64,000 bases of DNA from Klebsiella phage KPP2018: sequence record NC_110934.1, one strand, 5' to 3'. Under the pieces are notes generated by a model. The model worked only from the letters and a program-made list of their open reading frames with translations. It did not search any database and was not told where the DNA came from. Of the stretch, positions 30,164 to 40,395 are shown one piece after another. The first letter of the stretch is position 1, and each line of letters begins with the position of its first letter. Position numbers and translations under genes: made by a program.

Positions 30164-30931
30164 TTAGGTTCCTTGATTAACCTTAATTTTATATCTGGAG
30201 TGAATCAGGTCTCTTGCAGCTTTTGCTATAGCCTCACCAATAAGTTTTTGTGGGTTTCTAGCGCCAGGATAAGGTCGTAGAGATAATCTTCTATATGTAG
30301 ATACTGCGGGGTTGAACACAGAATATGGACGAGTCATATAATTATATGTTACGTTCAATTCAGGAGAACCTTTACTAGTCTCTGCGTCTCTAAGCATAAC
30401 ATCCTTAATTTTTAGAGAATTTGCAAAGCGACCGGTTCTAAATTTTAATGGCGCTCCTGTCTTTTTCATATCCTTTATTAAGTATTCTTTAGCAACTATC
30501 TCTAATATAACCTTCATATTGCTATTAGACACGAAACGTCCGGAAGCACCTGTTATTGCACCTGAGTATCCATCCTCTACGTCTCTAGGATCCCCAAAGT
30601 TTACCTCTACTCTGCCTGTAGAACGTTTTTTACCTACAGCAGATTTTTTACCTGCAGTTGCTTGTATTAGGTTTTCTAGAGCACCTAAATCTCCAGAAAG
30701 ATCTAAACTAGAGGATACAGCTTTTAGTATAGAGGCTGTTCTAACATCAAGAAGATCTTGGGATACAGGTTTTGAAAACTTAAAAGATACTTGAGCAACA
30801 GTACCATCTCTGGTAGGATCTTTTAGCCCTGTTTCAACAGAGTATACAACAGTATTCTTATTATTTTCAGATCGTCCTGCAGTATCTAGCTGCTCTTTAA
30901 TAATTTGTTTAGCTAGATCGGAAAGAGACAT
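30164..30931 (-). CDS. tail completion / neck protein
   Basis: 255 aa, between head-completion and tail terminator genes. Confidence 0.5.
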   Translation of the reverse strand: MSLSDLAKQIIKEQLDTAGRSENNKNTVVYSVETGLKDPTRDGTVAQVSFKFSKPVSQDLLDVRTASILKAVSSSLDLSGDLGALENLIQATAGKKSAVGKKRSTGRVEVNFGDPRDVEDGYSGAITGASGRFVSNSNMKVILEIVAKEYLIKDMKKTGAPLKFRTGRFANSLKIKDVMLRDAETSKGSPELNVTYNYMTRPYSVFNPAVSTYRRLSLRPYPGARNPQKLIGEAIAKAARDLIHSRYKIKVNQGT

Positions 30932-31443
30932 TATACTCTCCTATATACTTCAATAATAGTACGAATATGCTCTGGAATACCAGACTTAGTGCTATTGAAG
31001 GTTACTGTTTCACCACCAATTGTTTTAGCTTGGCGATAATCTTGTTTGTGCCAATGATCTACTAGCATACATGCTGCGAGTTTTAGATCTTCAGGTATTG
31101 GATTGAATCCACCTTGTGTATATGCTACATCCATATAACCTTCTGGAGGATTAAATTTGAGAAGGATAATACCATCAGAGTATAACTTATACTGCTCTGG
31201 GTCAATCTCATTGTCGTTAATCGTCACTTTAGTTACGGAGGTAGCAGATGGTGAGCTCAGAAAATATTTCCTACGTGTAGGTTTTGTATTGATTAACTGG
31301 TCTACCGCATCAGCATCATCCATGCCTAGGAGGCTCGTAATCAGCGCATTGGCAGCAGTAATCATCATTTCTACACCAGACTCTAATTCAGGTCGTTTTA
31401 AACTACCGTATAATCTATAATCTTCGGCTGTGATGATTTGCAT
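30931..31443 (-). CDS. head completion / head-tail adaptor protein
   Basis: 170 aa. First gene after the terminator that follows the capsid gene. Confidence 0.5.
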   Translation of the reverse strand: MQIITAEDYRLYGSLKRPELESGVEMMITAANALITSLLGMDDADAVDQLINTKPTRRKYFLSSPSATSVTKVTINDNEIDPEQYKLYSDGIILLKFNPPEGYMDVAYTQGGFNPIPEDLKLAACMLVDHWHKQDYRQAKTIGGETVTFNSTKSGIPEHIRTIIEVYRRV

Positions 31444-31454
31444 TTATTTTTCCC

Positions 31455-31484
31455 AATAAAAAAGGAGAGCCGAAGCTCTCCTTA
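31455..31484 (-). terminator. rho-independent terminator after major capsid gene
   Basis: AAGGAGAGC-CGAA-GCTCTCCTT hairpin then TTTTTTATTGGGAAAAATAAATG (- strand). Same terminator-plus-RBS module as at 26445-26483. Confidence 0.8.
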
Positions 31485-31502
31485 TCGGCTGAAAAGCCTG
31501 TA

Positions 31503-32879
31503 TTAAGATGCAGCGTAAGCACCAGATACAACGCCATTTGCAAAGTAACGTTGCAGGTTAACACGCTGAGTAACGTAGTACGCATCACGCTGTTTACCAG
31601 CTTGGCGCTCACGTTCAACAGTAACAGCACGCTGACGCGGCATTACGAAGTTATCTTTATAAACAATAACTGCGAACTCTGCAGAGGTAGCTTTAGCTGG
31701 GAAGTATTCAGAAACTACAACCGGCAGACCATAAATACGACCAACCTGACCTTGCAGTTTAACAGAGTCGTTACCAACCTGTGCAACATCTTGCCATTCT
31801 TCATCTTCCAGCAGATCGTAGTAAGCATCCATAGATACGATCAGTACCAGTTTGCTCAATTTCAGACCATGACGGCCCAGTTTACGACGCAGTTTAGAGA
31901 TAGTTTTAGCAGTTACCAGAACAGAACCATCAGCTTTAGCTTCAGTAATAACTTTAGCACTATCTTCATTAGCAAGAGTCAGCAGACCTTTCGGCTTACC
32001 AGAACCATCACCAGTCATGAAAGCTTCTTCGATAGAAACAGCGTGTGCTTCAATCAGACGCTTACGAAGCAGTGGCAGCAGGGAGAAGATTGCATCTTCT
32101 TCAGTTTCATCAGTAATGAAGGACTTAGCAGCCAGTTTGTAAGTACTGAAGTGAATTTCTTTAAGAGCACCTTTAACTTCATCACCAGTAGTAGTGTCAG
32201 TACCATAGGTAGAAGCAGCAACCCAAGTAGCTTTACCAGCATCCGGTTCAACTAACATAGTAAGAATCTTACTAGACATTGGCAGTTCTTCGAACAGTGC
32301 ACCAACTACCAGTTCCTTCTGCAGGTCACGGATAATGCGCTGAGAGAAAATAGTTTCATAGCTTTCACTAGAAACTTCTACAGAGGAAGACTGATTCACT
32401 GCTTTCAGGTGTCTCTGACCGTGCTCGGTCTCGAATACGCCTTTTTCCATTACATAAGATAACAGAACCAGTTTTTCAACTTCATCTTCAAAGTTTTCCT
32501 GAGTACCATACAGTGCTTTAGCTACGCTATCACCGACGAAGGAACGTCCTTCACGAGCTGCCAGCAGAGATTTAATTTCATCCTGGAGACCAACAATAGT
32601 TTCCTGCTGTTTTTCTACAGTCTGTGCAAACAGTTCTGCGCTCTTCTTGGATTTCTCGTCCAGAGACTTAACCAGAGTCAGAGCTTCTTCCAGTTTCTGA
32701 CGATCTTCGCCAACTGCTTTAGAAACCAGGTCATTCATACGAGCCAGTTCTTTTTCTTCCTGCTCTTTGCGCATACGTTCAGCTTCAGCAGCTTTCTGAG
32801 CAGCGGTCAGACCTTCCAGAGATTTAGCCAGATCACCCAGACCAAGTTCTTCTTTCAGCTTATTAATATCAATAGTCAT
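31503..32879 (-). CDS. major capsid protein (T5 pb8-like, 458 aa)
   Basis: Length identical to T5 pb8 precursor. N-terminal coiled-coil/scaffold-like delta region (EELGLGDLAKSLEGLTAAQKAAEAERMRKEQEEKE...) followed by an HK97-like body. Strong terminator downstream. Confidence 0.85.
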   Translation of the reverse strand: MTIDINKLKEELGLGDLAKSLEGLTAAQKAAEAERMRKEQEEKELARMNDLVSKAVGEDRQKLEEALTLVKSLDEKSKKSAELFAQTVEKQQETIVGLQDEIKSLLAAREGRSFVGDSVAKALYGTQENFEDEVEKLVLLSYVMEKGVFETEHGQRHLKAVNQSSSVEVSSESYETIFSQRIIRDLQKELVVGALFEELPMSSKILTMLVEPDAGKATWVAASTYGTDTTTGDEVKGALKEIHFSTYKLAAKSFITDETEEDAIFSLLPLLRKRLIEAHAVSIEEAFMTGDGSGKPKGLLTLANEDSAKVITEAKADGSVLVTAKTISKLRRKLGRHGLKLSKLVLIVSMDAYYDLLEDEEWQDVAQVGNDSVKLQGQVGRIYGLPVVVSEYFPAKATSAEFAVIVYKDNFVMPRQRAVTVERERQAGKQRDAYYVTQRVNLQRYFANGVVSGAYAAS

Positions 32880-32896
32880 TTTTAAATAATTCTCCG

Positions 32897-33529
32897 TTAT
32901 TCTTTAACGTAGCCTAAAGCTATCGCAAGTTTTTCTAGTTCAGAAAGATTACGTTCTTGAGCTGGGACAGCTTTAGAACTTATTGCAGTAAAAGATTTTC
33001 GCCATTCAGTATAATCATGACCATTCATACTCTTAGCGAGGTTGAATGTTGAGTCCTGATTACAAGGTACAGAAACTACCGAAACTTCGTATAGTTCTAA
33101 ATCTTTAATAATAAATATATCAGTAGCTTCATCCCACTCTGCATCTAGGCAGCGGAATCCGATACTAAAAGTTTTCAGTACACCGTTTTTAATTAGTGAA
33201 AAGATAGCCGGATCAGAACTTTCATAGATCTCGCATTCGATTTCGAGACCCATTTCAGTAGGGTTAAGATCAATACACTTGCCGATTGGACGACGATGGT
33301 CATGTCCGAAAAGAATAATCGGGTTTTTCATGTAGTTAGCAAGTGCATTAGATGTTTTCCATGCCGAAGCAGGAATTACATCACCAGCACGATCTTTACT
33401 AATTGTATTAGCGAATCCACGGATTTTTACAACACCCTCTTTGGATTCGCTATCCATAGATTTAATATAAGCATCTAAATGAACCGGTGCTGATTTTAAC
33501 TTGTTATAGTCAATAGCAGCTTGTGTCAT
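32897..33529 (-). CDS. prohead maturation protease (T5 pb11-like, 210 aa)
   Basis: Size and position match T5 pb11 (210 aa) upstream of the capsid gene. HK97/S78-like protease layout. Confidence 0.7.
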   Translation of the reverse strand: MTQAAIDYNKLKSAPVHLDAYIKSMDSESKEGVVKIRGFANTISKDRAGDVIPASAWKTSNALANYMKNPIILFGHDHRRPIGKCIDLNPTEMGLEIECEIYESSDPAIFSLIKNGVLKTFSIGFRCLDAEWDEATDIFIIKDLELYEVSVVSVPCNQDSTFNLAKSMNGHDYTEWRKSFTAISSKAVPAQERNLSELEKLAIALGYVKE

Positions 33530-33532
33530 TTA

Positions 33533-34024
33533 TTAGCCTCCAACACCGGGATTAACCGTTACTGTGCATGCAGTAGAATCCTTACTAACTTTCTTGCTAT
33601 CTGTTACCGTTACTTTATAGACTCCAGAATCCTCAGTAGCTGCTGCTGGCTTAGTATAGGTAGCTCCTGAAGCCTCTGGAATAGGAGAACCATCTTTAGT
33701 CCATGCATAAGTATATGGACCAGTACCACCGGTTGCAGTAACAGAAAGTGTTAACGTTGCTCCCTCTTCAACGGACATGCTAGCAGCTAAATCTGTAGAA
33801 AGAGTTAAGGGCGGAGCAGGCGGAGCAGGAGGAACTGCTTTACCATATGCCTCTACAAATTTCTTCCATACTTTACGGTTAGTATGCGCAGATGAAAGTC
33901 CTAGTTCTCTACGCAGAAAAGCATAGCTAGGAACATATTTATGCGCAGCAACCGTAGCAAAGAAGATATGAGATTCTGGCAGTTTTTCACCAAAAATGGT
34001 CTTTAGACCACTATAATCAATCAT
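33533..34024 (-). CDS. capsid decoration protein with Ig-like domain (T5 pb10-like)
   Basis: 163 aa. C-terminal Ig-like domain (LTLSVTATGGTGPYTYAWTKDGSPI...YKVTVTD). T5 pb10 is 164 aa. Confidence 0.7.
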   Translation of the reverse strand: MIDYSGLKTIFGEKLPESHIFFATVAAHKYVPSYAFLRRELGLSSAHTNRKVWKKFVEAYGKAVPPAPPAPPLTLSTDLAASMSVEEGATLTLSVTATGGTGPYTYAWTKDGSPIPEASGATYTKPAAATEDSGVYKVTVTDSKKVSKDSTACTVTVNPGVGG

Positions 34025-35238
34025 TCTTTATCTCCCTCGGTGGAACCTTGAGGTCTACCACCTTCTTGACCAGATACGCCTGTTGCAGAACCAGCAACGT
34101 TGGCAGGAATACGAATCTTATTCATCTGCTCATCATCTAAAGGTTCAAGGTTCAGCTCTAAACGAGCTTCGTTACCAGTTATAATACCATTATTAACCAA
34201 TGAGGTTAAATGTTTAGCCTCAGATTCTTTATCTGGTGTTAATGCAGCTACTTCCTTAGTATTAGGAGTAATCTTATAACCAAAAAAGAAAGTAAGAGAA
34301 CTAGTCAGTTTGTTCAGCATAGGAATGATAGTCATATAATAGAACAATTCGATGTTTGGTCGAATATTCGCATTATTACCACCATCAAGTAACACTTGCG
34401 GAACTCCAAAGGCTAGACAGATAGATTTATTAAATCCTTCGATGTCTTCCTTAAAGTCTAGATCTTTAAAAGAGGATATTTGGGAGTACGGTTTAGCTTT
34501 CATACCACCATCTAGAATCAGGACAGAGGACTGACCTGTACTAGGATTATAATCTAGTTGTAATTCTTCTTGTTTACGCTCACGCAATTTCTTGTTCAGG
34601 ATTTCATCCGTCTCAAGAATAAGACCAATCACGGTTCCGTTATCAAGGAATTTCTCTTTAAAGTTAAGCATCTTAGAACGCTTCTCAAGAGAATCAATAA
34701 CAGTAGCAACACGAGATTGTCCAGAAATTTGAGAATTTGTGCCACACACGTAACTGTTATCCTTTATAAAGATAATCTCATCTACGCGATAGTCTATCTG
34801 GTTATTAAATATAAATTTTTTGATAAACTTATTGGCATCTGCCTCTACTTGCATTAGTGCAGCAGGGACATGATAAAGTGCTGTGCCATCCCAATAGATG
34901 TATGCACAACCTTCAAAAAGTAGGTCAGTGACTACAAGTCTACGGAATGTGCTTATATCCATGAATGGATTAGGTCGTACATTTAAGAGAGTGTCTAGAG
35001 TCTTTGCCTTGATGCCATTGGCATACGTGACAATATTATATTTATCTCCGACAGTATAAGAACACTCCGCCGCACTATCTATAACCATATTAGCAGTTCT
35101 ATTGAGAATCTCAATTTTACTGTAGGCTTGTCCAGTGGTAAAAGGCTTACGGTTAGTGCGATGACTAACTGGTTCCATGTCTCTTATAATACGTTGACCC
35201 GGATTTAGCTTTTCAGTAATCCAGCTTTTAAAACCCAT
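34021..35238 (-). CDS. portal protein (T5 pb7-like)
   Basis: 405 aa. Position between terminase/HNH and the protease. Acidic C-terminus. Confidence 0.75.
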   Translation of the reverse strand: MGFKSWITEKLNPGQRIIRDMEPVSHRTNRKPFTTGQAYSKIEILNRTANMVIDSAAECSYTVGDKYNIVTYANGIKAKTLDTLLNVRPNPFMDISTFRRLVVTDLLFEGCAYIYWDGTALYHVPAALMQVEADANKFIKKFIFNNQIDYRVDEIIFIKDNSYVCGTNSQISGQSRVATVIDSLEKRSKMLNFKEKFLDNGTVIGLILETDEILNKKLRERKQEELQLDYNPSTGQSSVLILDGGMKAKPYSQISSFKDLDFKEDIEGFNKSICLAFGVPQVLLDGGNNANIRPNIELFYYMTIIPMLNKLTSSLTFFFGYKITPNTKEVAALTPDKESEAKHLTSLVNNGIITGNEARLELNLEPLDDEQMNKIRIPANVAGSATGVSGQEGGRPQGSTEGDKE

Positions 35239-35675
35239 TATAAGAACCTTGCGAATCCTGATTTTGTTTCAGTCTTGACTTGTGTCTTTTCTTGAGGATT
35301 CTGTAATTTGTCTTTCTGCTTTTGAACCCACACTTTTTGCTTATTAGCAGAAAATAAAGGAGGTTCTTTTGTGTAAACCTTATGTAATAATTGGTGATGG
35401 TGTACACAAAGGGTAACAGTGTCTTCTACTAGCTCATGCCTATATCGATCATAGAATGCCGTCCTATTTGAAAGGACTATTTCTTCGTTAGTGAAATCCA
35501 ATTGGAGTTCTTTAGCAAATTTTTTAACTAGTAGAGACACCGTATGGTAATGATGAAGCTCTAATTCTTCAGCACAACCGCAGATAGCACATTGAGAGTC
35601 TTTTTTATATTGACTTTTTATTCCGTCTCTCATAAGGGATATAGCATCGCGTTTATATTTTATATTGCTTGCCAT
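35238..35675 (-). CDS. HNH endonuclease (free-standing, probable homing endonuclease)
   Basis: HNH/zinc motif CAICGCAEELELHHYH...CVHHHQLLH. Chosen start MASNIKYKRD at 35675 has RBS GAGGAGAACACTATG and a TATACT -10-like element upstream; the tracked upstream extension is unlikely. Confidence 0.7.
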   Translation of the reverse strand: MASNIKYKRDAISLMRDGIKSQYKKDSQCAICGCAEELELHHYHTVSLLVKKFAKELQLDFTNEEIVLSNRTAFYDRYRHELVEDTVTLCVHHHQLLHKVYTKEPPLFSANKQKVWVQKQKDKLQNPQEKTQVKTETKSGFARFL

Positions 35676-35789
35676 AGTGTTCTCCTCAACTGTATGAATA
35701 TAGTATACATAATCGTATCGAATTTGTAAAGGGGATTTTAAAATGCAGGAATGGGATACCAACTGAGTAGTATCCCATCCTATACTTAT

Positions 35790-37106
35790 TTATTTACCAC
35801 GGGAAATAGAGTAAATTCCATAGCGCAGAGCATCACAAAGGTGAGAGTTAGCATCATGACGTGGTTTTTCACGTGATAATTTCTCTTCGCCTTCTTGGAA
35901 ATCCCACTTATAGTTCTGCAATGCATGAATTAATGAGGAACATGAAGCGTCTACAATAATCTTGCCCTGCTGGAATAGTGCTTGTAAGCATGCTAGACCG
36001 TCTAGGACAGACTTTTTAGCTGGAGCTGATGCAATTTCATGTTCATAAGCTAAGTCCTGGCGGAACTGAGCTGCGGCAGAGTCAACAAAAACACGATCAA
36101 CTTTATAACGATCTATACAGTGCTGAATATACGCAGCATGCTGAGCTGTGGTTTTCTCTGCCTGTTGGTACTCTTCTAATACATAGTAAGTATCCGTATC
36201 GTAATGATATTTAATAGTAAGAACTGCTGTAGGATCACGATAGCCAACGTCAATACCAAGCAACGTTTCGAATGCTTCATCATCTTTAAAGAAGTGACGC
36301 ATACCTTTAAGGTCTTTAACATGATCAATAGCATTAAAGGTATCGAAGATCTGACCTTCGAATACAGAGAAGTCAGCCTCGTATTCCTGACGGAAGTAGT
36401 TTTTACTAACTGTACGACGTGCTTCTTCGATGTCATTCAGATCAGCACGTGGATTATCACGATATGTACCATGAATAGATACCCAGTTAGGTAATGTATC
36501 ATCAAATCCATAGGCATAAAACTCTTTAAACCAGTTACCACCACGAGGAGTAGAGATAAATAGAGCCTTAGAATTAGGCTTATCTAGAGTAGGGCGCAGC
36601 TGAACCCTAAAGGCATCACCACCTACATCAGAAATTGCAGCCTCATCAAAGATGATAAAATCATATGAACGTCCAACTGCTGAGTCAGCCTGAGCAGCGG
36701 AAGCTAGTTTAAACAGTGAGCCGTTTGCCAGCTCAATTTCTTTATCTTTAGCATTCTCACGTTCGGTTTGTAGACCGTACTTTTTAATAAGACCACGAAT
36801 CTGAGACCATCCGATGTTGGCCAGTGAGTAGTTAGGAGCAACTACTAGCACCTTCACATTAGGTTCCAATAACTTTAGGAACCCAAGTGTGTATGCGATG
36901 AAGGATTTACCTACACGGCGTGATACACACGCCGTTACAAAACGATGTCTAGGGTCCTCTAAAGCATTAATAATTGCTATTTGAGGACCATTAGGTGTAA
37001 TACCTTCTTGTGCTAGTATTCCTGAAACAGGTAGACGAAAGAAACGTTTATCTATCCCGAAATCAATAACATCTACTGTATTAACGTAGGGTCTTGATAC
37101 TTCCAT
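35790..37106 (-). CDS. terminase large subunit (438 aa)
   Basis: Walker A-like VSRRVGKS, Walker B-like IIFDEAA, C-terminal RNaseH-like nuclease acidic residues. T5 terminase size class. Confidence 0.85.
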   Translation of the reverse strand: MEVSRPYVNTVDVIDFGIDKRFFRLPVSGILAQEGITPNGPQIAIINALEDPRHRFVTACVSRRVGKSFIAYTLGFLKLLEPNVKVLVVAPNYSLANIGWSQIRGLIKKYGLQTERENAKDKEIELANGSLFKLASAAQADSAVGRSYDFIIFDEAAISDVGGDAFRVQLRPTLDKPNSKALFISTPRGGNWFKEFYAYGFDDTLPNWVSIHGTYRDNPRADLNDIEEARRTVSKNYFRQEYEADFSVFEGQIFDTFNAIDHVKDLKGMRHFFKDDEAFETLLGIDVGYRDPTAVLTIKYHYDTDTYYVLEEYQQAEKTTAQHAAYIQHCIDRYKVDRVFVDSAAAQFRQDLAYEHEIASAPAKKSVLDGLACLQALFQQGKIIVDASCSSLIHALQNYKWDFQEGEEKLSREKPRHDANSHLCDALRYGIYSISRGK

Positions 37107-37588
37107 TACTTCTTACCTCCAGTAGCTAGGGAAGTAATTAAGTCCATGTAGTTTTGATCCCCGGCTCCAGCAATAATATTATTCTGGATGTTGGTCTGGT
37201 TAGCGGGAGTACGGGCTGCTGCCTTCACTTTCTCCAATTCTACCATCATTTTCATTTCTTCCATCTTCATCTTGTGTGCCTTCCAGAGAATATCCATAAT
37301 ATCCTGGTCAGAACCCATGCCAGTTTCTTCCAATTCCTCTAGTTTACGTTTAATAACTTCATCTAGAACACCAAACAAACGATCTCTGTTACGGAAACCA
37401 CTTTCCATAAAAATATCATTTAAGTAGTTCTTAACTTCACTACGATTCATAATATCTCGGAAAGCAATTTCTGACATCCCAAGACTACGTGCGGCAGAAG
37501 GCACATCACTGCCACACTGTAAATAAGCTTCAATCACATCCATCCCTTCAGGGGACATAAGATCTGGTACTAATACATCATTTGCCAT
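37106..37588 (-). CDS. putative terminase small subunit / DNA-binding protein
   Basis: 160 aa, immediately upstream of and translationally coupled to the large terminase. HTH-like N-terminus. Confidence 0.45.
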
Positions 37589-37598
37589 ATTTCCTCCT

Positions 37599-39386
37599 TT
37601 AGGTAAGGCGTTGAACTGTTACTCTTAATCTCGGTAGGAAAATAGCTGCAGCCTCATCAGCGTGAATAATTACGCCCAATTCAGCATTACCATTTCCTAG
37701 ATTTTTAATAGTATAAATATATCCGTTTCTTCTAAATGTTAACTCATCAGGTCTACTTGCCCAAGTTTGAGTATAGCTGTACGCAGTAGTGGAGTGATAA
37801 GGGACTAAGTATCCAGGAGGTAAGGTTAATATTTGATGGAATATTCCATCACCTTCCGTGTAACTATGCTGTCTTCTTCCTTGTACTTGCCAAGCAACAC
37901 CACCGTATGTGCGAATGGCTCCTCCAGCCGTATTGATATTACCCATAATAACTTCAGTAGTTAATATTACTGTTGCGTTAGCATTAGGCAATCCTAATCC
38001 TATGGTGGCCAAAGCTCTATAGTAGTTACCTGCTCCAGGATATGTTGGAGTTATATCATCGCCAACATAAGTGCTAGCAACATTATTAGGAAATAGTCTT
38101 AAGGGTACAGTACTAGGACTCCACACAGCTCCATGCTCATTACCTATAGTGTTATTACTTGAGTTTACGTACCATTGCTTACCAGCTCCGAATTTGTAAA
38201 TACTAATTTGAGACTTAGCCCCTCCATAGTCTACTGGAGACCATAAAGATCCATTACTAGATCCTACAAGTTCACATCTTGCAGTGGTATCTCCAAAGGC
38301 TCCAGTGTACGCTGCGTTATTTCCGACGTATTCCATATCTGGCCTATAGCCTAAGTTACCAAAAGCATTTTGGTTGATAAACTTATATCCAGTATTTGGT
38401 AAACTAACCCCTTTTATAGTAAAATTAGATGGAGTTATAAGTATATCTGACCCAGTAAATGGATTACCAGATACGCCCATATTACCATTAGAGTACCTTA
38501 GATTAAGTACATACCAAATAACTTTGGTAGGTGTAATATTATAACCATCCTGCACATACACTTTCTTAGCAGCCTGTGCCGCTAGATTAGATGTTGAACC
38601 TTTGCATATATAAACCTTATCAGGGTAAGTAGGAGATTGATACAATAAGTTAACATTAGCCGGTACTGTGCCCTTTTTACCTACATAACCTCGTATATTA
38701 GAGTTACAAACGTAGAACCAATTATGTCCTCTATAGGCGGCTCCTATAGGAGCTTGCCAATTAGGGTGCCAGTAGTCAGCATTACCACCATCTATAGGTA
38801 CTGTAGACGCTCCTGCTGGAAATCCTGCTAGAGTCCATGCCCTGCCTATAGCCTCACCAGCATATGCTCCTCCCGGCCTATATAAATTAAACCCAGAGGC
38901 TTGAGATATGGTACCACCTGTACCCTGCCTAGCAATTGATTCTTCATGGCCTAAACCAGAGTTATAAATATAGGTGCCATGTGCTAAACTATTACCTGAT
39001 GCAAAAGCTGACGTAAGACCTACTTCTGCACCAGCCCTACCAATAGGTGGATCCTCAAAAAATGCAGTGAATTGACCAACCTGAGATTGAGTACCATTAA
39101 GAAAGGCTCTATGAGTACCATTAATCTCAATAGCAGTTAGTATAACTCTACCTGGGTCATTGGATTTAATATTTATTATGTCAGAGGGCATCTGACATAC
39201 AAAAAACCCATTTCCGGCATTGCCTAACCCAGCCTCGTAAGTACCATCAACTAGGACAAACGGCATATCACTATGAAAAATACTATTAGCATTTGGACTA
39301 TAGTGACGATTAATGTCACCACCAGATTCAGTATTTAAAGATAGTACGGTCTTACCATCGCTATATTTTCCAGCGAAAAAACCCAT
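37599..39386 (-). CDS. receptor-binding tail protein (T5 pb5/Oad-like, 595 aa)
   Basis: Location (last late gene, divergent from the llp lipoprotein gene) is the T5 oad position. Gly/Asn/Tyr-rich beta-type composition. RBS GGAGATTATATG. Confidence 0.65.
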
Positions 39387-39411
39387 ATAATCTCCTATTA
39401 TAAAAATGTAT

Positions 39412-39440
39412 TTGCTTTCATCCCTCTATTTTGCTATAAT
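39412..39440 (+). promoter_or_regulatory. sigma70 promoter of llp (TTGCTT-17-TGcTATAAT)
   Basis: -35 TTGCTT at 39412-39417. Extended -10 TGCTATAAT at 39432-39440. RBS GGAGAG before the ATG at 39472. Confidence 0.6.
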
Positions 39441-39471
39441 AGATTCATAAATTAGAAATGGAGAGATAAAT

Positions 39472-39738
39472 ATGAAAAAGTTTGTGATTGCACTAGTTAC
39501 CGCAGTTATGTTATCTGGTTGTGCACCTGCTCCCAAACCATTTTGTACTGGATTTGTAAAATCTTTTGGTGGTGCGGGAGAAGAACATTACGGTCTCAAG
39601 ATTCAAAAAGTTCGTATTAAGGGAGATCGCTTCCCAGTAGTACAGCTCCGTACTAAGTTTGGGTGGTGGGATCTCAGTCAGTTTGACCTTAAATATGGTG
39701 ATTGTAAATTTAAACTAGAGCAATCTAACTACCTGTAA
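39472..39738 (+). CDS. llp: lipoprotein Llp-like (receptor-blocking superinfection-exclusion lipoprotein)
   Basis: Signal peptide MKKFVIALVTAVMLSGC with lipobox LSGC. Small size. Divergently placed next to the receptor-binding protein gene exactly as T5 llp/oad. Confidence 0.75.
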   Translation: MKKFVIALVTAVMLSGCAPAPKPFCTGFVKSFGGAGEEHYGLKIQKVRIKGDRFPVVQLRTKFGWWDLSQFDLKYGDCKFKLEQSNYL

Positions 39739-39914
39739 TTAGTATAAAGCAAAAAGACATCCAAGTAAACTAAATTTTTTATTTTTTGGATGGTATATTG
39801 GCAGAAACCACTATGTAAGAAAAGTAGAAGTCCTCTAGGAGGTCACAAGCATGGTTGGTTATGCACAAACTATAAAATATTTTAAAATATCATATTTATT
39901 GGAGCATGAAAGAT

Positions 39915-40043
39915 ATGTCAAATAAAAGAAAGAACAGACGAGGAGAAGTGTACGAAGCGTGGATTAATATTTACGGATTTGGTTTTGTATTATTCCTAAT
40001 CTTCGTAGGCTTTTGGTTAGCAGCTATGGCGGGGTGGATTTAA
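39915..40043 (+). CDS. small membrane protein (42 aa)
   Basis: MSNKRKNRRGEVYEAWINIYGFGFVLFLIFVGFWLAAMAGWI: basic N-terminus plus one TM helix. Below the ORF-track length cutoff. Confidence 0.35.
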   Translation: MSNKRKNRRGEVYEAWINIYGFGFVLFLIFVGFWLAAMAGWI

Positions 40044-40149
40044 TGGGAGTAATAATAATTATTGTTTTATTAGTTGTGGTAATTCTAGGGCAGTGTGTCT
40101 TGGATAACCACTTAGCTCGTATTGAACGTAAGCTACGGGAATATAAATA
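40042..40149 (+). CDS. small membrane protein (35 aa)
   Basis: MGVIIIIVLLVVVILGQCVLDNHLARIERKLREYK: TM helix plus basic tail. ATGG-overlap coupled to the previous small ORF. Confidence 0.3.
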
Positions 40150-40395
40150 ATGTTTAGTATTGTAATTGCTTTTATTATCGGGATACTCGCGGGAGTTTTC
40201 GGGACAACTGCGGCAATCAATAAGCATCGGGAATATATTGCGGGAGTGACGCGGGAGATTGCGGAAAGGGAGAGGAAGTTTGACGAGAAACGTGCGGAGT
40301 TTGAGCGGGAGTGGTCGGATGGATCTCGGGCGTCGCGGAAGAGATTCCGTGAGTTTAGACCAGAACACAGGTTTGATGACCCTTCTATGCGCTAA
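40150..40395 (+). CDS. membrane-anchored protein (81 aa), GC-rich
   Basis: N-terminal TM helix (FSIVIAFIIGILAGVFGTTAAI) then a charged Arg/Glu-rich helix. Marks the start of the GC-richer block. Confidence 0.45.
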   Translation: MFSIVIAFIIGILAGVFGTTAAINKHREYIAGVTREIAERERKFDEKRAEFEREWSDGSRASRKRFREFRPEHRFDDPSMR

